DNA of 64,000 nucleotides from a virus (lineage: Duplodnaviria; Heunggongvirae; Uroviricota; Caudoviricetes): the IMG/VR virus record IMGVR_UViG_2974569193_000001, positions 44,702-108,701 of that record; one strand, given 5' to 3'. Below are positions 1 through 6,016 of this stretch, piece after piece. The notes under the pieces are model-generated. The model searched no databases. It was not told where the DNA came from and saw only the letters and a list, made by a program, of their open reading frames with translations. The translations under genes and the position numbers were made by a program. Numbering within the stretch: the first letter of the stretch is position 1; every line of letters begins with the position of its first letter.

Positions 1-2
1 AG

Positions 3-683
3 AACCGCATCCGCTACCGCCGCAACAACACGGCGGGGCATGCTCCCGCGACCCTGCTGCCCAACGAGATCGCGCTCAACGAGACTGACGGCCTGCTGTT
101 TACCCGCGATGGAGCCGGCGCGGTCAAGTCCACGCCGTTGGGCTTCCTGCACGGCGAAGGCCTGCCGCCGCCGGCCACGGACGATGGCAAGGTGCTGTCG
201 GGCGGCATGTCCTGGGAAACGCCGTTCACCCAGTACCTGCTTCCGGTGCGCAATGCTCCGCCGGCCGGCGCGCGCATCGCCCTGGCCGAGGGTGTGGTGG
301 GCTCCACGACCTTCACGCCGACGCTCGACGTCACCTACACCCGCCCGTTCTTCGTGGCCAAGACCATCGACATCCAGGCGCTGTCGATCGAGGTCGTGGG
401 CACGGCCGTCGCAACGGCCGAACTAGGCCTGATCGGTTGGTCGCTCGCCGGAACGCCGGGCGCGGCGATCGTCACTGGAACGGTGAGCACCAGCACGGCG
501 GGCGTCAAGTCCGCCGCTGGCACCGCCACGATCTTGACGCCGGGCTGGTACGCCGCCACCTTCAAGGTCACCGGCGCGGCGGGGGCTTCGTTCCGGGCTC
601 CCACTACCCCGACGGCGATCGCGCCGGACTTCACCACCGCGCCGGGCGCGCCCGCGCCGGTCATGGCGACCCTGGAGACCTAA
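3..683 (+). CDS. putative virion structural protein, 5'-truncated by window edge (paralogue 1 of 3)
   Basis: Frame of ORF 138-683 is open back to nt 3 (NRIRYRRNNTAGHAPATLLPNEIALNETDGLLF...). N-terminal LxxxE(I/L)xxNxxDxxL motif is shared with the next two ORFs. Confidence 0.7.
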   Translation, partial: NRIRYRRNNTAGHAPATLLPNEIALNETDGLLFTRDGAGAVKSTPLGFLHGEGLPPPATDDGKVLSGGMSWETPFTQYLLPVRNAPPAGARIALAEGVVGSTTFTPTLDVTYTRPFFVAKTIDIQALSIEVVGTAVATAELGLIGWSLAGTPGAAIVTGTVSTSTAGVKSAAGTATILTPGWYAATFKVTGAAGASFRAPTTPTAIAPDFTTAPGAPAPVMATLET

Positions 684-686
684 GGC

Positions 687-1355
687 ATGTCGACCGACAT
701 CACCATGCCGCCTGACACGACGGTGTTCGCTGACGTCAAGATCAATGGCGGCGCCGGCGCGCCCGTCGATCTGGCTGACGGCGAACTCTACATCGACGAG
801 GCGGGGCGCACGCTCTATGTCGAGACCGTGGTCGGCGTCCAACCGATCCCGCTCGACGTCGGCTATATCCCGCGCCGGCCCAGCGGTACGCCGCTCGACC
901 ACGTGGTCACCAAGACCCCCACCGGAGCCGAGTGGGGTCCGCTCCAGGGCGGCGCGGGCGGCTCGCCGTTCGATGCGGCAGAGTTCCGCGTGCCGGGCCT
1001 CGCGCCCACGGGCCTGGACACGGTCGTACTGCCGGGCGCGTCCGGTGGCATGGCTCTCTTCGAGATGCCGCTCCAGGACGTCCTCCTGAGCGTGCGTGTA
1101 CACGCCTCCGCCGGCGCCGGCGCGGTGACCCTGGGGCTCTACCCGTTCAACGGCTCCCTGGGCTCGGAAATCTTCGCCCAGACCCTGACGTTTACCGCGC
1201 CCGAGACCCAACTGGTGCCTGTCTCCCTGGCCCTGACGCCGGGGGTGTACGCCTGGGTCTGGACGGGGGCGTCCTCCGTGACCCTGGACGCGGTCAAGGG
1301 CTCCCTGCCCTGGGCGACGAGCGAGCAGGTCCATCCCGTGGCGATGAAGTTCTAA
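687..1355 (+). CDS. putative virion structural protein (paralogue 2)
   Basis: 222 aa, phage-like codon usage, motif LADGELYIDEAGRTLY. Stop overlaps next start (TAATG). Confidence 0.75.
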   Translation: MSTDITMPPDTTVFADVKINGGAGAPVDLADGELYIDEAGRTLYVETVVGVQPIPLDVGYIPRRPSGTPLDHVVTKTPTGAEWGPLQGGAGGSPFDAAEFRVPGLAPTGLDTVVLPGASGGMALFEMPLQDVLLSVRVHASAGAGAVTLGLYPFNGSLGSEIFAQTLTFTAPETQLVPVSLALTPGVYAWVWTGASSVTLDAVKGSLPWATSEQVHPVAMKF

Positions 1356-2131
1356 TGGCCATCCAGAACCCCCACTCCACCACGCCGGGCGTCATGCCCC
1401 ACCTGACGCCGGGCGAGATCGGCGTCAACAAGGCCGACGACATCCTCTGGTTCCGGTCCGAGGGCCGCCGCGTGCCGATCATCCTGAGCGATCTGGATCG
1501 GGCTCCGCCGCTCGACGGCCTGACGGGCGCGCCGCTGACCCTGGAAGGCGGACAGCCGATCTGGAACGCGCATCTGGCCCCGTCCTCCGTGGTCAATGGT
1601 CAGGTCAAGGTCGATCTGCCGCCGGCGACGGGCCTGCACGCCATGCCCAGCGTCCTGCTGCAAGGCCTGGGCGCCGATCGCGCCCTGGCGGCCAACGATC
1701 TGGACCTCTCGCCCTTCTACGTCCGGTCCGACTCCATCACCCTGACCCAGTTGGCGTTCAGCGTGCGCTCGGCCGGCGCGCCGGCGATGCGGGTGGGGAT
1801 CGTCGACAGCTTCGGTGTGGTCCAGGCCGACATTCTCGTCGCCGCGCCCGTGGTCGGGGCCAATGTGGTCAATCTCTCGCCGGTGCTGACGCTCCAGCGC
1901 GGGGTCTACCGCACGATCCTGGCGACCACCGGCGCGGTGACGATCGGCGTGGTCACGGGCGCGCGCATGGAGCAGGGCTGGGACATCATCGGGGACACGC
2001 CGTCCTTCATCCACGGCTACAGCGGCTCGAAGAACACCGGCGGCGGGATCGGCAGCTTGCCGGGCCTGACCGCGCGTCGCTCCGGTGTGCCGGGGCAGGA
2101 TCATGCGGTTCTGATGCGCTGGACGGCGTAG
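1355..2131 (+). CDS. putative virion structural protein (paralogue 3)
   Basis: ATG at 1355 inside listed ORF 932-2131; motif LTPGEIGVNKADDILWF; C-terminal beta-rich region resembles that of ORF 3-683. Confidence 0.75.
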   Translation: MAIQNPHSTTPGVMPHLTPGEIGVNKADDILWFRSEGRRVPIILSDLDRAPPLDGLTGAPLTLEGGQPIWNAHLAPSSVVNGQVKVDLPPATGLHAMPSVLLQGLGADRALAANDLDLSPFYVRSDSITLTQLAFSVRSAGAPAMRVGIVDSFGVVQADILVAAPVVGANVVNLSPVLTLQRGVYRTILATTGAVTIGVVTGARMEQGWDIIGDTPSFIHGYSGSKNTGGGIGSLPGLTARRSGVPGQDHAVLMRWTA

Positions 2132-2233
2132 CGGGGAGAACCTGATGGGGCTTTGTATCGCCGGAGGGCGAGGGACGGGTCGCTCCCCGGCGGCCCACCC
2201 GCTTCCTATAGACCGGCTCGCCTCGGCCCGCAA

Positions 2234-2248
2234 GACGTGAATCTTGAC
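2234..2248 (+). promoter_or_regulatory. GTCGTGAATCTTGAC-family promoter element (variant GACGTGAATCTTGAC)
   Basis: 14/15 match to the recurrent motif; upstream of ORF 2303 and the first tRNAs. Confidence 0.65.
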
Positions 2249-2302
2249 ATGGTGGAAGATCGAGGTTAACCTACGCGCTAATCTGGAGTTTCGAGCGCCA
2301 CC

Positions 2303-2572
2303 ATGGCCGAGCTTGTCCGCATCTATCACCCCGAGACGAACGAGCCGTTCGACGTGATTCCGTCGACCGCCGAACGTCTGCGCCTGGGTGATGGGCACGA
2401 CGGGCTGGTCTGGCTCTCGCAGCCCTTCGAGCGCGTCGCCGTCGAAGCCGCGCCGGAAGCCCCCAAGGGGCGAGGTCGTAAGCGCGTCAGCGCGATCGTC
2501 GAGGCGGAAGACGCCGAATCCGACGGGTCGTGGCGTGATGCGCCGACCGAGGAAGACCTCGAAGCCGCGTAA
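2303..2572 (+). CDS. hypothetical protein, acidic C-terminus
   Basis: 89 aa ORF, GGAG SD-like sequence upstream, downstream of the promoter motif. Confidence 0.75.
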   Translation: MAELVRIYHPETNEPFDVIPSTAERLRLGDGHDGLVWLSQPFERVAVEAAPEAPKGRGRKRVSAIVEAEDAESDGSWRDAPTEEDLEAA

Positions 2573-2616
2573 GGCGCTTCGACTTCCACTCTGCTGAAAT
2601 TCGGTCTCAGTCCCAT

Positions 2617-2692
2617 GTCGGTCTAGCTCATGGGGTAGAGCGGCGGTCTCCAAAACCGCGCGTGGCAGGTTCGAGTCCTGCGTCCGGCGCCA
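2617..2692 (+). tRNA. tRNA-Trp(CCA)
   Basis: Anticodon arm GCGGT-CTCCAAA-ACCGC; T arm GCAGG-TTCGAGT-CCTGC; encoded CCA. Confidence 0.9.
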
Positions 2693-2696
2693 TTTC

Positions 2697-2771
2697 GCAT
2701 CCGTAGTATATAGGTGATTACAGCGCGTTGCCAACGCGTAGAGTCGGGTTCGAGTCCCGACGGATGCTCCA
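2697..2771 (+). tRNA. tRNA-Gly(GCC)
   Basis: Loop TTGCCAA; acceptor GCATCCG/CGGATGC; TCCA end. Confidence 0.9.
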
Positions 2772-2777
2772 ATCCAT

Positions 2778-2851
2778 GCGGGTATAGCTCAAAGGGAGAG
2801 CTACTGCCTTCCAAGCAGAAGATGCGAGTTCGAGCCTCGCTATCCGCTCCA
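2778..2851 (+). tRNA. tRNA-Gly(TCC)
   Basis: Loop CTTCCAA; canonical D and T arms; TCCA end. Confidence 0.92.
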
Positions 2852-2855
2852 AACT

Positions 2856-2951
2856 CGTGGTGAGGTGAGAACGCCCTCCTCATGCACCGCTTCGGCGGTA
2901 AAGTAGGCTCCGGCCGAAGAGATGCGGGAACAGGGGACCCCGCCACCACGA
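2856..2951 (+). ncRNA. candidate multibranch structured RNA
   Basis: Closing stem TCGTGGTG/CACCACGA; inner ACCGC-TTCG-GCGGT and GCGGG/CCCGC hairpins; no ORF. Confidence 0.45.
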
Positions 2952-2955
2952 ACGA

Positions 2956-3099
2956 AGTGCGCCCCAGGTGCGCCTCTGACCGAGAAAGCCCGCTGGCCGT
3001 GGGTGAAGCGTAGGGTCAAGCGTCTGGGTCCCCGTCCTCCAGGACCGGCGAAGGCCATATGCGCCGAATTCCTGGTCAGGATCGCATGAGGGGAGCGCT
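2956..3099 (+). ncRNA. candidate long-hairpin RNA
   Basis: AGTGC..CCCC..GTGCG..CTGACC pairs with GGTCAG..CGCAT..GGGG..GCGCT; contains TAGGGTCAAGCGTC, which recurs at 57373. Confidence 0.45.
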
Positions 3100-3159
3100 G
3101 GCGCCGGCCCAGCAGGGGAGGGTTAAAAGCCCAGCCGGCATTTTTCTTCAACAACAAGC

Positions 3160-3186
3160 TTGACAGCCGTCGAGTTTCGTGAGAGC
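3160..3186 (+). promoter_or_regulatory. sigma70-type promoter A
   Basis: TTGACA-N13-GTGAGAGC, same layout as the promoter at 3776. Confidence 0.6.
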
Positions 3187-3198
3187 CTCTTCAACATT

Positions 3199-3261
3199 AT
3201 GACGCACCTCCTGACCCGTTACGAACGCGAGGCCACCGGCCTCGATACCACCACCGCCTAA
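3199..3261 (+). CDS. candidate leader peptide A (MTHLLTRYEREATGLDTTTA)
   Basis: 20-codon ORF just after promoter A; overlaps alternative hairpins (3228-3244 vs 3238-3282); precedes tRNA-Glu and tRNA-Asp. Confidence 0.45.
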   Translation: MTHLLTRYEREATGLDTTTA

Positions 3262-3293
3262 AAGCGGTTTTGGTCCGAGGCCTCTTGTCATGT

Positions 3294-3371
3294 GGCCCGG
3301 TCGTCTAGCGGTTTGCAGGATACCTGACTTTCAATCAGGTGAGCGGAGTTCGAGTCTCCGTCGGGCTTCCA
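3294..3371 (+). tRNA. tRNA-Glu(TTC)
   Basis: CCTGA-CTTTCAA-TCAGG; T arm CGGAG/CTCCG; CCA. Confidence 0.92.
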
Positions 3372-3392
3372 TCCCCAACTCCTTCTGAGCTT

Positions 3393-3467
3393 GGTGCGTT
3401 CGTATATCGGTTAATACTCCCGCCTGTCGAGCGGAGAAGAGGGGTTCGACTCCCCTACGCACCGCCA
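3393..3467 (+). tRNA. tRNA-Asp(GTC)
   Basis: Loop CTGTCGA; acceptor GGTGCGT/ACGCACC; G73; CCA. Confidence 0.92.
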
Positions 3468-3534
3468 GCTTCCCTCGTATCAATCCAGGTTCCCAGCGCC
3501 GGCTTTTCCGCGCGCCTGGATGCACGAGGCTTCC

Positions 3535-3756
3535 ATGTTCTTCGATACCTCCTCGCAGTCGAGCGCCGCGCTCCTGCGTCACGTCTCCACCCAATCTCCG
3601 TATGCGGAAGCGGCTCGCACCGAGTTGCTGTCCCGAGGCCTCGTTCCGCTCCTGACGCGGTTCAACGGCTGGCGCCTCGCCCCGAGCGTGCCGTTTCCGC
3701 AGCACCTCATCCCGCGCCCCGATCCGCTCGCGAAGTTCACGTGGCGGGCGGGATGA
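3535..3756 (+). CDS. small hypothetical protein
   Basis: Within listed ORF 3520-3756; GAGG precedes ATG 3535; 73 aa. Confidence 0.5.
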   Translation: MFFDTSSQSSAALLRHVSTQSPYAEAARTELLSRGLVPLLTRFNGWRLAPSVPFPQHLIPRPDPLAKFTWRAG

Positions 3757-3775
3757 AAAATATTCACCACGACAC

Positions 3776-3802
3776 TTGACATCCGTTGGGAGTTGTGAGA
3801 GC
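3776..3802 (+). promoter_or_regulatory. sigma70-type promoter B
   Basis: TTGACA-N13-GTGAGAGC. Confidence 0.6.
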
Positions 3803-3897
3803 TTATGGACTGTCACGGATCACGACACTCCTCGGAGTGCAAAAGCGTGATCCTTCGTTATTCACGGCCGCCAGCGGGTGGCCAGTCGAGAGTTGTC

Positions 3898-4035
3898 ATG
3901 TTCGCCTTGTCGCATCTCAGCCTGAGCACGAAAGCCGCCTCCCCGGCGTCGCTTTCGCTTGCCCTGCTGGCGACGGCCACGAAGCCCTCGACCAAGCCGA
4001 CCACCTCGGCCTCGCACTCGACGGAAACCCTCTAG
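3898..4035 (+). CDS. attenuator leader peptide B, 45 aa (MFALSHLSLSTKAASPASLSLALLATATKPSTKPTTSASHSTETL)
   Basis: GAGAG SD-like sequence upstream. 42 of 45 residues are A/L/S/H/T/K/P, the amino acids of the 14 downstream tRNAs. Confidence 0.75.
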   Translation: MFALSHLSLSTKAASPASLSLALLATATKPSTKPTTSASHSTETL

Positions 4036-4138
4036 GGTTTTTCGTCTCGGGTGCAGGCCTTGGAGCCGCACCCGCTACCTACATCCTGTAGACCTAGCGC
4101 AAGGCGGCTCCTCACCAGGGAGACCGCCTTTTCTTTTT
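4008..4138 (+). terminator. attenuator B: alternative hairpins plus intrinsic terminator (4101-4138)
   Basis: Terminator AAGGCGGCTCC..GGAGACCGCCTT+TTCTTTTT. Antiterminator GGAGCCGC(4062-69):GCGGCTCC(4104-11). Sequestering hairpin CGGGTGC(4048-54):GCACCCG(4067-73). Leader 4008-4026 can pair with 4040-4059. Confidence 0.75.
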
Positions 4139-4150
4139 CGCGTTGATCAT

Positions 4151-4226
4151 CGGGGTGTAGCTCAGTCGGTAGAGCGCTCGGTTCGGGACCGAGAGGCCGT
4201 GGGTTCAAGTCCCGCCACCCAGACCA
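4151..4226 (+). tRNA. tRNA-Pro(CGG)
   Basis: CTCGG-TTCGGGA-CCGAG; canonical D arm. Confidence 0.92.
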
Positions 4227-4233
4227 ACGCCAT

Positions 4234-4310
4234 CGGGATGTAGCTCAGTTTGGGAGAGCGCGCGGCTGGGGGCCGCGAGGCCGCAGGTTCAAGTCCTGCC
4301 ACCCCGACCA
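4234..4310 (+). tRNA. tRNA-Pro(GGG)
   Basis: CGCGG-CTGGGGG-CCGCG; canonical arms. Confidence 0.92.
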
Positions 4311-4315
4311 ACAAC

Positions 4316-4388
4316 GCTGTTGCGCGTGGTTTCGCGCCCACCCCTTGGTATGGGGTGGTAGAAGGTTCAATTCCTTCCAGCAGCACCA
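4316..4388 (+). tRNA. tRNA-Thr(GGT), atypical (D arm abuts acceptor stem)
   Basis: Acceptor GCTGTTG/CAGCAGC; CACCCC-TTGGTAT-GGGGTG; T arm GAAGG-TTCAATT-CCTTC; ACCA. Confidence 0.75.
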
Positions 4389-4393
4389 GCAAC

Positions 4394-4463
4394 GCCGATG
4401 CCTCTGGGAGGACGCGCCTTTCGTAAGGGTGCGAGGTGGGTTCAATCCCCACTTTCGGCTCCA
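4394..4463 (+). tRNA. tRNA-Thr(CGT), atypical (shrunken D arm)
   Basis: Thr-like acceptor start GCCGAT; loop TTCGTAA; D arm CCTC-TGG-GAGG; TCCA; 70 nt. Confidence 0.7.
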
Positions 4464-4504
4464 GCATAGCGAGATCAAGGAGAAATCGCAAGCAGACAGA
4501 ACAT

Positions 4505-4587
4505 GGATCGGGAACGTAAAGCTAGGCCGGGCCAGCAGTGGGCTCTTAATCCACGCGTAAGGGGTTCGACTCCCTCCCGATTCTCCA
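4505..4587 (+). tRNA. tRNA-Lys(CTT), atypical (long 8/9 connector and D arm)
   Basis: GTGGG-CTCTTAA-TCCAC; acceptor GGATCGG/CCGATTC; TCCA. Confidence 0.75.
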
Positions 4588-4592
4588 ACAAT

Positions 4593-4682
4593 GCACAAGT
4601 GACCCGAGCGGCGAAGGGCGTCGACTTTTAATCGACTAGGCGTCCAGCCTCACCGAGGGTTCGAGTCCCTCCTTGTGCTCCA
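4593..4682 (+). tRNA. tRNA-Lys(TTT) with long variable arm (Tyr-like body)
   Basis: GTCGA-CTTTTAA-TCGAC; V arm AGGC-GTCCA-GCCT; D region CCCGAGCGGCGAAGGG; perfect acceptor stem; TCCA. Confidence 0.85.
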
Positions 4683-4685
4683 TGT

Positions 4686-4772
4686 GCGAATGTGGCGGAA
4701 CTGGTAGACGCGCCGGCCTCAGGTGCCGGTACCCTTCGGGGCGTGTGGGTTCGAGTCCCACCTTTCGTACCA
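4686..4772 (+). tRNA. tRNA-Leu(CAG)
   Basis: CCGGC-CTCAGGT-GCCGG; class II body; ACCA. Confidence 0.92.
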
Positions 4773-4779
4773 ACGACAT

Positions 4780-4867
4780 GCCTTGCTGGCGGAAGTGGTA
4801 GACGCACTGTTCTCAAAAAGCAGGCCGGGCGACCGGGCTCTGGGTTCGATCCCCAGGTGAGGCACCA
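4780..4867 (+). tRNA. tRNA-Leu(CAA)
   Basis: CTGTT-CTCAAAA-AGCAG; class II body; ACCA. Confidence 0.92.
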
Positions 4868-4874
4868 AGACTGA

Positions 4875-4962
4875 TGCGAAGTGGCGGAAACTGGTAGACG
4901 CACCGGCATGAGAGGCCGGCGCCCTTCGGGGCGTGAGGGTTCGAGTCCCTTCTTCGCGACCA
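4875..4962 (+). tRNA. tRNA-Leu(GAG)
   Basis: CCGGC-ATGAGAG-GCCGG; class II body; ACCA. Confidence 0.9.
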
Positions 4963-4964
4963 AT

Positions 4965-5030
4965 GTCCCGATCGGGAAGATTCCAGGCGGCGCGGCGCGC
5001 GCGACACCGGAATCGTCCCGATCGGGAAGA
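4965..5030. repeat. direct repeat of 16 nt GTCCCGATCGGGAAGA (palindromic core TCCCGATCGGGA)
   Basis: Copies at 4965-4980 and 5015-5030, flanking a GC-rich spacer. Confidence 0.8.
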
Positions 5031-5042
5031 CGACGAGATTAT

Positions 5043-5113
5043 GCTGATCGCCGCTGGGCGGGGAGCGGGTTGTGTCCCCGCTAGGCACGGTTCGATCCCG
5101 TGGGTCAGTACCA
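5043..5113 (+). tRNA. tRNA-His(GTG), no G-1, A73, small D arm
   Basis: AGCGGG-TTGTGTC-CCCGCT; T arm CACGG/CCGTG; acceptor GCTGATC/GGTCAGT; ACCA. Confidence 0.75.
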
Positions 5114-5118
5114 GATAC

Positions 5119-5189
5119 GGGGTATGCGCAGGGCGCAGCCATCCTTTGCAAGGACGGCGGGGTGGGTTCGAGTCCCACATACTCCACCA
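5119..5189 (+). tRNA. tRNA-Ala(TGC)
   Basis: Loop TTTGCAA; G3-U70 pair; ACCA. Confidence 0.85.
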
Positions 5190-5193
5190 ACAT

Positions 5194-5283
5194 GGAAGGT
5201 CAACCGGACAGGCGCGCCGGGACTGCCTCGAAAGCAGATCGCACTCTCCGGGGTGTGGGGATCGAGACCTCGGCCTTCCTCCA
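5194..5283 (+). tRNA. tRNA-Ser(CGA)
   Basis: Loop CTCGAAA; long V arm; atypical D and T loops. Confidence 0.8.
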
Positions 5284-5287
5284 ACAT

Positions 5288-5377
5288 GGTGAGCGAACGG
5301 GACAGGCGTGCCCGGTCCGCCTGGAAAGCGCGACGCACTCTCCGGGGTGTGGGATTCGAGTTCTCCGCTCACCGCCA
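5288..5377 (+). tRNA. tRNA-Ser(GGA)
   Basis: Loop CTGGAAA; long V arm shared with the neighbouring Ser tRNAs; GCCA. Confidence 0.8.
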
Positions 5378-5381
5378 ACAT

Positions 5382-5471
5382 GGTAGGCGAACCGGACAGG
5401 CGTGCCGGCGCCGTTTGCTAAACGAGCGGCACTCTCCGGGGTGTGGGATTCAAGCTCTCCGCCTACCGCCA
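5382..5471 (+). tRNA. tRNA-Ser(GCT)
   Basis: Loop TTGCTAA; long V arm; GCCA. Confidence 0.8.
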
Positions 5472-5479
5472 TTTTGATG

Positions 5480-5508
5480 TTGACGCCGGCCCCTGCCGAT
5501 GTCATACG
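5480..5508 (+). promoter_or_regulatory. putative promoter
   Basis: TTGACG-N17-CATACG. Confidence 0.5.
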
Positions 5509-5516
5509 TCACGACA

Positions 5517-5727
5517 GAGCGAACGCCCTTGGCCGGGTTGGTGGATGTGCCGGTTGCATCACGCCCCGTCGAGCCCTAGTAGCTCTTGAGTGGAGTTTTC
5601 CGCCTCCCTCCCTAACAAGGAGGCGGACCCCAACATCGCGATCCAGTGATCGTCGGCGACGGGCGCCGTTAGAGCCCCCTTGCGCGCGGAAACGCTGCGG
5701 AGGGGATCGTCCCGACCACATTCGCTC
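5517..5727 (+). ncRNA. candidate structured RNA (~210 nt)
   Basis: Closing stem GAGCGAA/TTCGCTC; inner stems CCCGTCG/CGACGGG and TCCGCCTCC/GGAGGCGGA; GAAA-capped hairpin; follows a promoter; no credible ORF. Confidence 0.5.
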
Positions 5728-5763
5728 GCCGGCAAAAATCTTCGCCGGCGTTAACTTTTCTTC

Positions 5764-5792
5764 TTGACCTTTGAAAGGTCCTGGTGTAGTTT
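5764..5792 (+). promoter_or_regulatory. sigma70-type promoter C
   Basis: TTGACC-N17-TAGTTT; predicted start ~5799-5800, so the leader ORF would be leaderless. Confidence 0.7.
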
Positions 5793-5799
5793 CCCCGTC

Positions 5800-5895
5800 A
5801 TGAGCAAGTCGTACCGCCAATTCGTGCAGATTCAGGTCGTCCGGAATTTCCGGGCGGGCCGTTCGCGCATGGATGATGGCGGGACCTTTATCTAG
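5800..5895 (+). CDS. attenuator leader peptide C, 31 aa (MSKSYRQFVQIQVVRNFRAGRSRMDDGGTFI)
   Basis: Core YRQFVQIQVVRNFR uses exactly the seven amino acids of the 12 downstream tRNAs. Confidence 0.8.
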   Translation: MSKSYRQFVQIQVVRNFRAGRSRMDDGGTFI

Positions 5896-5960
5896 GTCCA
5901 GACACCTCAACCCAATTCGCGAAAGGCCCGCCTGGACACCCAGGCGGGCCTTTTTCTTTT
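5849..5960 (+). terminator. attenuator C: antiterminator 5849-5867:5918-5936 and intrinsic terminator 5922-5960
   Basis: Terminator AAAGGCCCGCCTGG-ACAC-CCAGGCGGGCCTTT+TTCTTTT. TCCGGGCGGGCCGTTCGCG pairs with CGCGAAAGGCCCGCCTGGA (18 bp with one G-U, plus one mismatch). Confidence 0.85.
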
Positions 5961-6016
5961 CCGTTTCGCTGATCCGAGGAGATCGCAGATGAACAACGGG
6001 GGCTAGTCCTCCACAT

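Noticed and set aside
2303-2572. ORF 2303 as a leader peptide for the Trp/Gly tRNAs (two Trp; six Gly, all non-GGC)
   Set aside because: It looks like an ordinary 89-aa protein, and no U-tailed terminator lies between it and tRNA-Trp.
2852-2960. Theta/HDV-like ribozyme after tRNA-Gly
   Set aside because: P1/P1.1/P2/P3 double pseudoknot and J4/2 could not be assembled by eye.
3805-3897. Upstream in-frame ATG extending leader B to 76 aa
   Set aside because: It sits at or before the predicted TSS of promoter B and adds residues unrelated to the tRNA set. ATG 3898 has an SD-like GAGAG. Not excluded without TSS data.
5996-6013. GGGGGCTAGTCCTCCACA, resembling a tRNA-Ala acceptor microhelix
   Set aside because: Too short and lacks CCA; may be chance or a remnant.
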